Shown here: in pieces, positions 1 through 12,958 of the stretch
How the letters are laid out: the number at the start of each line of letters is the position of its first letter
How positions within the stretch are numbered: the stretch's first letter is position 1
NCBI GenBank assembly: GCA_032718475.1
Contig: JAUCBJ010000064.1
Coordinates: 34,175 to 98,174, forward strand
Length of the DNA stretch: 64,000 bases
Origin: Nemertoderma westbladi
Lineage: Eukaryota > Animalia > Xenacoelomorpha
Direction: 5' to 3'
Notes under the pieces: generated by a model
Seen by the model: only the letters and a program-made list of their open reading frames with translations
The model's database searches: none
What the model was told of the DNA's origin: nothing
Position numbers and translations under genes: made by a program

Positions 1-252
1 GTAAGTCATTAATAAAATGAGAAATAGTATGGGAGAGGACCGATCCCTGGGGGACACCACTAATGATAGGTAATAAAGTTGAATTAATGCCGTCAATGGA
101 GACAAATTGTTTGCGATTAGAGAGGAAACTAGAAATAAGTTGAAGGGGTAGGCCTCTGATACCATAGGTATCAAGCTTATTAATAAGGATTTTGCGGTCT
201 ATGGTATCAAAGGCCTTTTTAAGGTCAATGTATAAGGCGCATGTTGAATGAT
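1..252 (-). mobile_element. LINE (CR1/L2-group) reverse transcriptase fragment fused to GLIS intron sequence
   Basis: Minus strand encodes DLKKAFDT...GVPQGSVLSP RT motifs; near-identical to 6088-6340, 8170-8420 and 4030-4280. Confidence 0.9.
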
Positions 253-525
253 GTTAATATATTAAGGCAAAATTTTTGAAAAAAATAATAGATTTCTTAA
301 CAGATTAAAATACATACAAACACAAACTGTCTTATGGCATTATGTAATTTGTTGTCGTAAATAGTTGTATATGTAATCAATGTCACTGTACTGTACAGTG
401 TACATACGGTAATGAATGAATTGGATTCCTTGGGATCTCTCTAGATCGGATATTAAACTTTAATTCAAAAATATATATATTGTAATTTGTAATTAGTATT
501 TAGTTTTTATTGGCTATTTTACCAA

Positions 526-745
526 GCAGTAGCTCGTTCTAGGCGTGGGCATTCCTGTGCTACAAATCAAGAGGCCCCGGTTCGATCCCTTGATTGGGCA
601 GCACTATTTGGGTAAAGTGCTTTTAATTATGGCAGCTTAGCACCACCACCCTGGTTTTCATCCTTAACTGGTCGATAAATGGAAACCAATGCAACTTGGT
701 AAACAGATAGTAGAAAATAACACAGTGAACGGAGTTTAAATAAAC
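526..745 (+). mobile_element. tRNA-derived SINE in GLIS intron (copy A), possibly with a Meta-type core
   Basis: A-box-like TAGCTCGTTCTAGG and B-box GGTTCGATCCC, then TTTCATCCTT...GGTCGATAAATG, which resembles a conserved SINE core from memory; 3' end approximate. Confidence 0.6.
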
Positions 746-781
746 TAAAAAATTATCCTATTCATTTACTATTTTACGTAC

Positions 782-908
782 CTGAGCTGTTACAGAACGC
801 TTTGTTACACATTGGGTTTGTGCATGGGCAGGGCCTTTCTCCAGTGTGGTTCCGTAAATGAATCTTAAGATTTTCCCATCTAGAAAACATCCGATTACAA
901 GATTCAAC
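782..908 (-). pseudogene. GLIS1/3-like zinc-finger exon (ZF3 to mid ZF4), copy A
   Basis: cag|...|gtacgt splice sites; translates [42 protein letters not shown], matching the GLI/GLIS FSRLENLKIHLRSHTGEKPY...KAFSNSS consensus; not in the ORF track. Confidence 0.85.
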
Positions 909-991
909 CTGAAATTAGTTTGAGTAATTGATTTATTAATAATTATTAATTTTAAAATTAATAATAATCACTTATTTAATAATAATTAATA

Positions 992-2490
992 CTAGTGACG
1001 GGCCTAGCGGCCCGATAAGGAACCGACTTTTTATTTCAAATAAAAGAGACAACGAGAATTATTATAGAACTAATAATTATGTAAAAATACAATCATATTT
1101 CATACAATAATTATTAATAAATTCGATCTATTATTAGTTACTCAATTCTAGAACAAAATCGACCTGCAACTAGTGAAGACCTCGTTTTGGAATTTCGAAA
1201 CCACGCTGGTGCGATGCGCGATATCGTGTTTAGTTAATAAATTGAAAACTCCATCAATTCATGTGCAACCAGTAATAAGAAATCGCGATAAATGTAATTA
1301 AATAAAAATTATTCTAGAAACATTTTCCTCAAAAAGTATGAAGTCTTGTCATTGGTGACGCGAAACTAGGCTAGTGAGATTCAGGATATTGCGTTTAATA
1401 TAAAAATCGAAAACGCTATCGAATTCCGTAAAGGCGTTAATAAAATACTGCAACTTTTTTGAAATTTGTAAAATTCTAGAACTGGAAAAAATTATTTTTT
1501 GAACGGCGCTGTTTGGGGTTTGGAAACATGGATAGGCTGAAAGAGGACATCGAATTAAGTTGAAAAATGAAAACCCCATCGAATTTGGACAAAGCGTTCC
1601 GGAGTTATAGCGGATCGAAAAAAATTGACCCCCCCCAGTCGCCAAAAATTTACAGTAATTTAAAATTTTGCAAAAAAAATTTTTTGCGTTATTTTTGATG
1701 GCGAATCGATTGGCAGTACAGGCTACGAAAATTTTTTTTTGAAATTTTTGGTCAGAAAAAAAACATGGAAAAAGTATATTTTTAAAAAGATTTGATGTCT
1801 TTGCCTATGGTCAGAGAATGATCCAACTCTGTAACTTGGCAATCGCTCAAATCCATTCAGCTGAATGGCACAGTAGAGTAAACTAAAGTAAATTCCCTAT
1901 ACAATGTTCTGAAGGGGTGACTGACAGAGAGTAATCCAACAATAAAACATTTTGCAATAATGTTGGCATTAATGTAGCCAACTCACTGTGTACGTAACAG
2001 TCATTCAGCTTACATTAGCAGAGTGAGATATTCCCATAGATTGCATTGGGAAGAGTAATTCAGCTGAGGCGATATTAGATTTCAAACTAAACCAACGAGT
2101 TAATAATGTTTGCTTTGACAGAGAGTGGTGGCCTATACAAACAGTATGGGTGTACTAAGTACAATAATCTTGGCAACCTCATCGATTTATACTAAGCCTT
2201 GTGTAGAAATGCATTACATAAGCCATTTTTCATCAGGACACCAGCTGTCATGGGTGTTATTTTACCATTGCGCCTATGGCGTTTTTTCGTTTATCTCTAT
2301 TTTTCGAGCCCAGAGGCTATGGACGGAGTAGTCGATCATGCCAGGGACCTTAGAATCGCGGTATCTAGATGCTGTGAAAATTTCATCAAAATCGTTAGAG
2401 TAGTTTTGGCTGTAGATCAGCCAGTCAGCCAGCCAGCCAGCCAGCCAGTCAGCTAACAATTCTTACAGTAATGAACCTCTCGGTTCCTAA
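992..2490 (-). mobile_element. Non-autonomous Helitron/HINE (DINE-1-like)
   Basis: 3' end CTAG preceded by hairpin GGGCC-n4-GGCCC (1000-1013); subterminal inverted repeats AGGAACCGA/TCGGTTCCT; (GGCT)n microsatellite near the 5' end; inserted between A and T with no TSD relative to the empty site at ~7079. Confidence 0.85.
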
Positions 2491-2591
2491 TTAAAAAAAA
2501 TAACCTTTATTGCTCATGCAGCAGTTAATTGTTGACAGACTTTGAATCTGTTTTATTCAATTATCTATTGGGATATATTTGAATGACTCAC

Positions 2592-2777
2592 GGGGCATAT
2601 GTTGGGTCTCTCCCCACTGTGGACTCTCATGTGAACAATCAGTTTATATCGCGCGTTAAGTGACTTCTGTTGCCGTTGGCAACCAGCCCATCTGCAGATG
2701 TAATTTCCATTTTTCTTCTGTGTTTCCACAGGGGTGCTTTCAATGTGTGTCACAAATATTGACAAGTGGTGAAATAG
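2592..2777 (-). pseudogene. GLIS1/3-like zinc-finger exon (end of ZF1, ZF2), copy A
   Basis: cag|CTA...CCC|gtgagt; CRWAGCQRQQKSLNARYKLIVHMRVHSGERPN matches the GLIS1/3 NARYKLLIHMRVHSGEKPN signature; splices in phase 0 to 782-908. Confidence 0.85.
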
Positions 2778-3119
2778 CTGTAAAATATATAAGGATGAAA
2801 TGGTAGTATGAAGCGAAACAATGTGAAGATATTAACTTCATATCAAACATACCATACAAAAATATTCATGTACATATTGAAATAAATGTTTGAAATAGAG
2901 AATATGAAGATATATATTTGACTGTATTACTTCATATAACCATTCTCAGCTGGTTTTTTTTTTAGACTGCTTAGTGCTTTTTTTAAATGACAAACTAGAC
3001 AAAGATATAAAAAGACACATAAAAGTTATATAAAAAAGAAAAACCTCACCCACCACCAGGCTACTGTACAATGGTGTTTAGCTAAGCTTAGCTAGCTGTT
3101 AATTGTAGTGCGCGCGGGA

Positions 3120-4926
3120 ATTATTAAAATTAAAATTAACGGTAAATGTTATAGCTCTGAAAATAAGTGGTTTTTTAAGTTTGACGTAAAAGACGATTTT
3201 GATTTTTTATTGCGTAGCTCTAGTGGCACAGAATTCCAGATCGAGGGTCCTCGAAAACTCACTGATCTCTGTGAGGAAGTTAGGTGACATATTGGTATTG
3301 AGAAGTTGCCATGGGAAGCGCTGTGGGTATGTTAGTTGTGGACTGAAGAACGTTTTTGGAATAGTTTACCGAGGGTGGAATTTGGGCTTATGGTTTTCGA
3401 ATAAATATCGTACATGAAGGTGCAAACTGATAGTTCATAGAGTTTGTTAAGTGGTAAAATATTTAATTGTTTGTAAATGGGAATTGATGACGATCTGTAG
3501 TGTGAAAATGTAATACAGCTTAAAAGTTTATTGATTTTTGTACGTAGTAGTTTCAGTGTGGTGGAATGTGTGCTACCCCATACCAGGATCCCATAATTAA
3601 CGTAGGGATGGATCAGTGAAAAGTAGAGGGTTCTGAGTATATGTAGAGGAAATATGCGCCTAAGTTTATAGAAAAAATACCGCTGGATTTATATATATAT
3701 ATATTTTTTAATTTATATGTGTTTTCCACTTTAGTTTTGAATCTATCTAAATGCCAAGTAATTTTGTGTTGTCTGTCTGTTCGATATCGGTGTTGTTAAT
3801 TTTAAGTTGTAATCTGTTGTTATCGGTGGCAGTAGGAATAGGAAGGTTAGTAAATATGGTGTACTCAGTTTTCTTCAGGTTTAGTAATAGTTTATTGTCA
3901 AGTAACCAGTCGTAGATTTTTGTTAATTCACTGTTTGTACTAGATATTAATGAGAGGATATCACGATGTGAGTTGAGTAGAGTTGTGTCGTCAGCGAAAA
4001 GTGTACTAAGTAAGTTTGTTGCTTTGGGTAAGTCATTAATAAAAATGAGAAATAGTATGGGAGAGAGGACCGATCCCTGGGGGACACCACAAATGATAGG
4101 TAATAAAGTTGAATTAATGCCGTCGATGGAGACAAATTGTTTGCGATTAGAGAGGAAACTCGAAATAAGTTGAAGGGGTAGGCCTCTGATACCATAGGTC
4201 TCAAGCTTATTAATAAGGATTTTGCGGTCTATGGTATCAAAGGCCTTTTTAAGGTCAATGTATAAGGTGCATAATGAATGATGGCAATCAAACATAGAGT
4301 TAATTTTTTCCGTTATAGATAGTAGTGCGTGAGAGGTGGTTGTTATTGGTCTAAAGCCGTATTGGGATTCTGTAATTTCATGGAGTATTTGTTTAAGTAG
4401 GATTGTAATTGTTCATTAATTAATTGTTCTAGAATTTTGCTTAGTACTGGTAGTAATGATATAGGACGGTAATTATTCGGGTCTGTAGGATCGTCTGATT
4501 TGAATAGTGGTATAACTTTAGCAATTTTTAATGAATTGGGAAAAAAGCCGTACTTTATTGAAAGGTTGAATAAGTAGCACAGGTGTTGGGAAAGTGGTTT
4601 GGCAGCAAGTCGGAGTAGTTTGGTGGGGAACAACGGATCGTTAGAACTGCAGTTTAATTTGAGGTTGAGGATTCGGTATTATAATTCTATTGGAGATGTT
4701 TTTGTTAATGTAAAAGAGTTCACTCTATAGTATTTGAAATATGGCGTCGGGGGGATTGGGGTGTGCAAGTCGGTAAGGTACTTTGGAGTTTAGTTCCAAT
4801 GGTTGAAAAGTGTTCGTTGAATATTTCTGTAATTAATTTGAGTTGGGTCTGATACAATTTGTGCGGAGGTATTCGTTTTTATAATAAGTTTTTTGGGTGA
4901 TGATTTAGAAGTTGTTTTGTGGAGTA
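3120..4926 (-). mobile_element. 5'-truncated, frameshifted CR1/L2-group LINE (RT and C-terminal region)
   Basis: ORFs 4343-4633 (NYRPISLLP) and 3747-4295 (DLKKAFDT, PQGS, FADD). Confidence 0.9.
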
Positions 4927-6613
4927 AATTGTTACGTAAATAATAAGTAATAATTATTAAATTCTCTACTCCCCCCCCCCCCCCCCCCCCCCCCACTCAG
5001 CTTCCAACTTATTTATCCAATAAGATGCGAACGATTCCCAGATACAATGCTTCTATATATAGGGACATTTACATTGTGAACTTTAGCTGCTGTCATATAT
5101 TAATGAGGCCTACGTGCGTTGGTTATTATTGGTTAATTTAACCTGCATTTCAGACATTTCTGGTGTGTATAATCTGCAAAAAATTATAACTACAATACAA
5201 AGAAGTTAAAGCTGTCAATTAAGTGAAAATAGCAATTGTTTGTTTACGTCTTAATTTACTAAGGTGAATTTAATTTAATTTATAAATAAATGAAAAATAT
5301 TAAAATATAAAAAAGAAATATGTACAGTGTTCACAGAATAGTCTTTAAATAGAACCGTCACCGAATATTCTAAAAACGCGAAAATCGGAGTGGAGAGGAA
5401 GCGAGCAGAGTGGAGTAGGGGGGGCGGGCCGTACCTGAAATCGCGAAGGGCCTGAGCGCGTGGGCGCGAGGATTGATTCAAGGTAAGAACCCGGGCCTTA
5501 AATGTGCAGGAAATTACCACGAACAATACCTTGGGTACTAGTGAACGGAAAGTGAAGTACCGGCGCAGCGGTAAGTCTCGTTTGCCTGACGTGATATTCG
5601 GGCTCGGTTCAACTGTCTTCTTAAATCTTCAGCTCAGCAGCTCTCTTCATTTTTTTTTTCGTTATTCTATAACATTCTATTCCCATATTACTAATATGAC
5701 CAAACCACAGTTAATACTAATAAATTCACCCATTTCTTATTACAAATATTAAGATTTTATGTGAATAATACGTACGTATCGAGAGAAAAATAAGTACTTT
5801 TTCCCTAGGGAAAAAAATAACACAAACTTTTGTTGCGAAATGTTTTTGAGTGTGTCTAGTAACTTAATTACTGACGGACCACCTTACACGGAGCAACTTT
5901 TTTTGAAAAACAAGTAGCAGAAAAAACGTTTCTCCATGTGAGGGTGCATGGGGGTCCTAATAGATATTAAATGTAAACAACAACAAAATTAAATGAAATG
6001 AAATGAAATTAAATAAAAATTAAATGTTCAGTTGAGTAGAGTTGTGTCGTCAGCGAAAAGTGTACTAAGTAAGTTTGTTGCTTTGGGTAAGTCATTAATA
6101 AAATGAGAAATAGTATGGGAGAGAGGACCGATCCCTGGGGGACACCACTAATGATAGGTAATAAAGTTGAATTAATGCCGTCAATGGAGACAAATTGTTT
6201 GCGATTAGAGAGGAAACTAGAAATAAGTTGAAGGGGTAGGCCTCTGATACCATAGGTATCAAGCTTATTAATAAGGATTTTGCGGTCTATGGTATCAAAG
6301 GCCTTTTTAAGGTCAATGTATAAGGCGCATGTTGAATGATGTTAATATATTAAGGCAAAATTTTTGAAAAAAATAATAGATTTCTTAACAGATTAAAATA
6401 CATACAAACACAAACTGTCTTATGGCATTATGTAATTTGTTGTCGTAAATAGTTGTATATGTAATCAATGTCACTGTACTGTACAGTGTACATACGGTAA
6501 TGAATGAATTTGATTCCTTGGGATCTCTCTAGATCGGATATTAAACTTTAATTCAAAAATATATATATTGTAATTTGTAATTAGTATTTAGTTTTTATTG
6601 GCTATTTTACCAA

Positions 6614-6833
6614 GCAGTAGCTCGTTCTAGGCGTGGGCATTCCTGTGCTACAAATCAAGAGGCCCCGGTTCGATCCCTTGATTGGGCAGCACTATTTGGG
6701 TAAAGTGCTTTTAATTATGGCAGCTTAGCACCACCACCCTGGTTTTCATCCTTAACTGGTCGATAAATGGAAACCAATGCAACTTGGTAAACAGATAGTA
6801 GAAAATAACACAGTGAACGGAGTTTAAATAAAC
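6614..6833 (+). mobile_element. tRNA-derived SINE in GLIS intron (copy B)
   Basis: Same sequence as 526-745. Confidence 0.6.
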
Positions 6834-6869
6834 TAAAAAATTATCCTATTCATTTACTATTTTACGTAC

Positions 6870-6996
6870 CTGAGCTGTTACAGAACGCTTTGTTACACAT
6901 TGGGTTTGTGCATGGGCAGGGCCTTTCTCCAGTGTGGTTCCGTAAATGAATCTTAAGATTTTCCCATCTAGAAAACATCCGATTACAAGATTCAAC
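6870..6996 (-). pseudogene. GLIS1/3-like zinc-finger exon (ZF3 to mid ZF4), copy B
   Basis: Same sequence as 782-908. Confidence 0.85.
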
Positions 6997-7180
6997 CTGA
7001 AATTAGTTTGAGTAATTGATTTATTAATAATTATTAATTTTAAAATTAATAATAATCACTTATTTAATAATAATTAATATTAAAAAAAATAACCTTTATT
7101 GCTCATGCAGCAGTTAATTGTTGACAGACTTTGAATCTGTTTTATTCAATTATCTATTGGGATATATTTGAATGACTCAC

Positions 7181-7366
7181 GGGGCATATGTTGGGTCTCT
7201 CCCCACTGTGGACTCTCATGTGAACAATCAGTTTATATCGCGCGTTAAGTGACTTCTGTTGCCGTTGGCAACCAGCCCATCTGCAGATGTAATTTCCATT
7301 TTTCTTCTGTGTTTCCACAGGGGTGCTTTCAATGTGTGTCACAAATATTGACAAGTGGTGAAATAG
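7181..7366 (-). pseudogene. GLIS1/3-like zinc-finger exon (end of ZF1, ZF2), copy B
   Basis: Same translation as 2592-2777 (ORF 7154-7354). Confidence 0.85.
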
Positions 7367-8107
7367 CTGTAAAATATATAAGGATGAAATGGTAGTATGA
7401 AGCGAAACAATGTGAAGATATTAACTTCATATCAAACATACCATACAAAAATATTCATGTACATATTGAAATAAATGTTTGAAATAGAGAATATGAAGAT
7501 ATATATTTGACTGTATTACTTCATATAAACATTCTCAGCTGGTTTTTTTTTTAGACTGCTTAGTGCTTTTTTTAAATGACAAACTAGACAAAGATATAAA
7601 AAGACACATAAAAGTTATATAAAAAAGAAAAACCTCACCCACCACCAGGCTACTGTACAATGGTGTTTAGCTAAGCTTAGCTAGCTGTTAATTGTAGTGC
7701 GCGCGGGAATTTCAAAATTTTTAGTTTATGCTTGTATCAGCATTTGTCAAACGGATAGAGGCTTGAGCGATGTAGCCTGGTAGCTCACTCACCTGGTAGC
7801 TCACTCACCTGGTAGCATTCTACCTATATTACCGAACACATACACGTATGTATTGTGTAACGTAAATCAAACAGTTTAACAACATTGTGGTTCGCATATA
7901 TTTTAATTCTGTTTCAATTTTTATTGGGATTATTAGCTTTATTTTTGTATGATTGAATATTAAAATTAACGTTTCTCGTTAATTTAATTTAACGTTAAGA
8001 AAAAACGTTTCTCCATGTGAGGGGTGCATGGGGGTCCTAATAGATATTAAATGTAAACAACAAAAAAATTAAATGAAATGAAATGAAATTAAATAAAAAT
8101 TAAATGG

Positions 8108-9560
8108 TCAGTTGAGTAGAGTTGTGTCGTCAGCGAAAAGTGTACTAAGTAAGTTTGTTGCTTTGGGTAAGTCATTAATAAAAATGAGAAATAGTATGGG
8201 AGAGAGGACCGATCCCTGGGGGACACCACAAATGATAGGTAATAAAGTTGAATTAATGCCGTCAATGGAGACAAATTGTTTGCGATTATAGAGGAAACTC
8301 GAAATAAGTTGAAGGGGTAGGCCTCTGATACCATAGGTCTCAAGCTTATTAATAAGGATTTTGTGGTCTATGGTATCAAAGGCCTTTTTAAGGTCAATGT
8401 ATAAGGCGCATGTTGAATGATGGCAATCAAACATAGAGTTAATTTTTTCCGTTATAGATAGTAGTGCGTGAGAGGTGGTTGTTTTTGGTCCAAAGCCGTA
8501 TTGGGATTCTGTAATTACATGGAGTATTTGTTTAAGTAGGATTGTAATTGTTCATTAATTAATTGTTCTAGAATTTTGCTTAGTACTGGTAGTAATGATA
8601 TAGGACGGTAATTATTCGGGTCTGTAGGATCGTCTGATTTGAATAGTGGTATAACTTTAGCAATTTTTAATGAATCGGGAAAAAAGCCGTACTTTATTGA
8701 AAGGTTGAATAAGTAGCACAGGTGTTGGGAAAGTGGTTTGGCAGCAAGTCGGAGTAGTTTGGTGGGGAACGGATCGTTAGAACTGCAGTTTAATTTGAGG
8801 TTGAGGATTCGGTATTATAATTCTATTGGAGATGTTTCTTGTTAATGTAAAAGAGTTCACTCTAGTATTTGAAATATGGCGTCGGGGGGATCGGGGTGTG
8901 CAAGTCGGTAAGGTACTTTGGAGTTTAGTTCCAATGGTTGAAAAGTGTTCGTTGAATATTTCTGATAATTTGAGTTGGGTCTGATACAATTTGTGCGGAG
9001 GTATTCGTTTTTATAATAAGTTTTTTGGGTGATGATTTAGAAGTTGTTTTGTGGAGTACAGTATTAATTATCGACCAAGTTTTGCGGGAATTTGTAATGT
9101 TGTTATCAAATTGTTGCGAATAATATTTTTTTTCGGCAATTTTTAAGGTTTTTGTGAGATGATTACGATAGTCGGTAAAACATTTACGGTTGGTTTCAGT
9201 TCGGTTTTTTAAATAGTTCCTTTATAATTTGTCTTTAGTTCTGATTGATTTGAGTAGACTTTCAGTGATCCATGCTTTGAGGGGCCGAGTTTTGTGTGTA
9301 TATGATTTTGAAGGAATATGAGAGGAGCAAATGTTGGTGAGATTATCGTAAAAACAGTCAAACTTTGAGGTGATGGGTATTGATTTATCGGTGTAGGACT
9401 AGTTGTTGGAGGGTTTATTAATGTCACGAAAGAAAGAAGATTCGTCAAGTTTTGAATAGTCGAAAGTGTGGCGTGGTTTAGGTTCATTGAAAATACAGCT
9501 AAATTTTTGTAAAATGATAAATGTTGCATGGTGATCTGAATTACCTATTTATAGTTAAAA
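8108..9560 (-). mobile_element. CR1/L2-group LINE fragment, same family as 3120-4926, 3'-truncated after FADD
   Basis: ORF 8108-8434 has RT motifs; 8108-9058 is near-identical to 3970-4926. Confidence 0.9.
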
Positions 9561-9561
9561 G

Positions 9562-11160
9562 TACCCGCATTGAAAACTGAGGTGGTTACATCGTCAGGGG
9601 TAATCGCCACATTGCTGGAATGTATTGAGCATTATAGATCCAAAAGTTCCGCAGTGTACCTGCTTCAGCTAGATATAGAATCGGCCTTCGACAATGTTGA
9701 GTACTGCACACTCATTCGAAAGCTGCTGGACCATGGAGTCAACCCTCACATCGCAGCTACGGTCTACTCATATTACACTTGAGGTATAGTTTTTCTCAAA
9801 TTCAATGGTAGCATCGATTGTAACGGCATACATGTAGCCCAAGGTTTAAACCAAGGTTCTCTACTATCACCAACTATTTTTAACTTATACACAGCTGATA
9901 TAACTGCGGCTCTAGAGAGTTCCAACTTAGGTTGTCGTGTCGGCCCTGTGTGGTTAGGCGCCATAGTATACGCCGATGACTCCCTCCTTCTTAGCACCTC
10001 GGCTACTGATCTCGAACGTATGGCAATGATTGTAAGTGATAAAGCAGACGAGGTCTGTCTTAGCTTTGAACCCACTAAAACCTCATGGATTGTAGTCGAC
10101 AGCATCCAAAATCATGTCATAAACCCTGCTTTATCATCATACGTGGATCTCTTGTTGCAAGAAGTTCTTCCCTTACCTTCTTAGGATACAACCTTAAAAG
10201 TTCATCGAACTCCAAAGTAATCCTTAATGATTCTATCAGGTTGATAGCTTACTACTCTCAAACATTTCACACTAGAGGCTGGACAACGCGCTGGCTTCCT
10301 CCTAAGGTGGTCTTCCGACTATGGGACTCCCTAGCTGTACCAGCTACCTCAAATGGATTAAAATTCAATATAGGTTCTCATACCTCCACTGATCGTGACG
10401 CTCTTGATGTATTCTACCGCAAATCGTTAAGAGGTTTACTAAACCTTGGCCCATATGTTGGGAATTGCACTCTTTACCACGTCGCCAATCTTGTGCCAAT
10501 CTCGATTGCTGCACTTCGGTTGTGTGTCGGTACCGTCCTGCGCATATCGAACTGTCCTAGTCGCTTTCTACAACTAATTTGTCGGATTGCAATGTTCAGC
10601 AATGTGCTCCCCCTGGCGTCGTGTCGCGGCATTTCTTGTGGCTACAGCATCGCGCGCTCATCCTACGCCTTACCTGACCTGCTTTCTGTACTCAACTTTT
10701 CATATTCCAAAAGTGAGCTGGTGTCGTGCATTTCCCTTGCCAAGCCGACATATCGTGAACTGATCAGCTCAAATTTCATTAGAACTACACTCAAACTCAA
10801 AACAAACAACATTGAAGAGAAAAGAGCCAGAATACTCTCATATTATGGCGTTTTCTAATCTGAAATCCAACTATATTTGCAGCGCAAACTCCTATCATAA
10901 TCACTTCTACCTGCACTCTGCAATCCCCCCCCCCCCCCTCCTCACTTAATGTTAATATGGTTATGTGGTCCATCCTTCGAGATAGAAAACCTTATGACAT
11001 GCTTCTCATTACATCTGCACCAAGTTTTCTTATTTTTTTACAATAACCTGATGCGTTTTGCTCAAACATGCTGTATGTGCATTTTATTTACCTACATATG
11101 TTATCTTTGTCTGATGCGTTTTGCCCAAATATATGTGCACTTTTTTTACCTATGTTATCT
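9562..11160 (+). mobile_element. Degenerate non-LTR retrotransposon RT and 3' end, a different family
   Basis: QLDIESAFD, QGSLLSP and YADD motifs across ORFs 9570-9782, 9948-10184 and 10085-10858, with a stop and a frameshift. Confidence 0.8.
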
Positions 11161-11296
11161 TTATCCTATTGCCAATCCATCTAGAATATTCAGCTCGTAC
11201 TTAGTATGTAGTAAGTAATCCAACTGTCAGACTGTTGTTTTGCAACAAGACCGTTTAACTAGGCCTAACTGAAACTTGAAGTTTGTCTACGGGACC

Positions 11297-11689
11297 ATGG
11301 GCGATAAGGATGCAGGAAGCTGGAAGAGGTGTGGTCCTCAAGTTCTCTCTACCCTTGAGGCAATTGAGAAAGAACTAAAATCTCTAAATCTTTCTATTGA
11401 CTCGGTGATGTCTGATACCGCACTAATTCCTTCCCTTGTTAAAGAGATTGAGGTTCTGAAACGAGTGAACGACGATCTCAAAACTGATTTAGAGGAAGCG
11501 AAAACAGCAAACGATGATCTGGATCAATACCAGCGGCGTCACAATGTATTGATACACGGTGTTCCGGAGTCGCCGGATCCGGCCACGGAGCGCGCCAGGC
11601 TCTCAGCAATCCTTACTGAGCTTGGGCTTCTAATGTCCGAAGTTGATGTATACCACCAGCTGGGTTCGCCGATCTCCACCTGACCTCGT
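11297..11689 (+). mobile_element. LINE ORF1-like fragment (coiled coil plus RRM), 5' part; target of the BEL-1 insertion
   Basis: DDLDQYQRRHNVLIHGVPE is typical of CR1/L2-type ORF1; resumes after 26205. Confidence 0.7.
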
Positions 11690-12247
11690 TGTGACGGGAT
11701 CCAGGAAGGATCCCGGTTTATCCGGTTGTTTAGTTCACGCGTCCCTGCCATGTGTATGAAAGGTAAAAGGAGTTCCTGTCGTTCGTCGTATATAATAATC
11801 GGTTGTACGGATATATAGATATAGGGTATATAGATATAGGCATATGAATAATGTTGTCGTATACGGAAGGCGGGTTACGGTAATTAAAGTCCCGGTCCTT
11901 CCCTAGCTAAACTAACTAACCTAACTAGCACCAATATGATACTGAGATAACTGAACTGATATGATTACTGCCAACTGGCTATATTGCACGGGTTGGCCTT
12001 GTTACTCTACCTGATCGATGCTTCCCCCCTCTGATTGGTTGATACCCTTGTTGGCGCCCTTTGGAGTGTTCCCGTTCACCCCAGCTATTCTCTCTCGGTT
12101 AGGGGTTTGGCCCCTGACCCTTATTGTTTGTTCCTCCTTCCCATTTTGTTGGGGTGACACGAGTTGGTGATTGCCCAACCTCGTGGCCCCCAATATTGCT
12201 TATCGGCTTAACTTTATGGGGTGTTAGCGGGATTGAATAAGCTAACA
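11690..12247 (-). repeat. BEL-1 3' LTR
   Basis: Direct repeat of 25638-26205; by eye about 3 substitutions plus a poly-C length difference. Confidence 0.95.
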
Positions 12248-12256
12248 CTCCTCCCC
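12248..12256 (-). other. BEL-1 polypurine tract
   Basis: GGGGAGGAG immediately upstream of the 3' LTR on the minus strand. Confidence 0.85.
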
Positions 12257-12958
12257 ATGCTATCTTCCCGGTGAGAAGATAGCATCCACCTTAAGTGCGC
12301 TACAATCCCGCTGGATCCCGATCTAGTATCGGGTGTGGGGTGGAATTCTTTTCTCTCGTAGCTGGCTTTCCAGGCCGCTCCCTATGGGTATGATAACGCT
12401 ACCCTATATGCCTGGCGTCCCATGTCGGTACGATCACGCTCATCTCTCACGCGACTTTTGTTTCCCCAACACTTTCGCCCTATCTCTTCTCCACTCTCAC
12501 CCTAACTCTCTCATACCCTCGGACCTCCTCGTCCCTCACTCAGCCTCTTATTCTCCCCCCCCACACTAGAATTCCGTCCGCACTCTCTCCGCACTTCACA
12601 CCATTACTCCGTCCCTCAACCCCACTTCGACTACCTCATCCCTTCTGACGAATCTCCCCCCCTCTTGTGCCGTCGCACTCAAGAAGTGTGAAATCGTCTG
12701 GCGTCTCGTCCATAGTGCCATAGTCAGTTATCCCCCCAGTCCCAGTAGCTAATTGAGAAAGGTTGTATGACTATAGTACTTACTCCAAACGTATATTTAT
12801 TGCTAAACTACTGATCACTACGTACGTACATATAATTGCACTTATTTAATTATTTGCATCAGCTTGATTTATACTTAATAGTTCGTACGTCCCACGCGGC
12901 GCCTTCCAGGCGTACCACGTTCAAGTCTCAGTTCCTCCCCCCCCCCGGCCCTAGGAAC

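Larger units (their letters stand above)
5921..7709. repeat. Segmental duplicate (copy B) of the LINE fragment plus GLIS two-exon unit
   Basis: 6088-7709 is near-identical to 1-3119 minus the Helitron; 5921-6340 also matches 7999-8420. Confidence 0.9.

Noticed and set aside
526-600. tRNA gene
   Set aside because: A/B boxes are present but I could not fold a full cloverleaf, and it continues into SINE-like body sequence.
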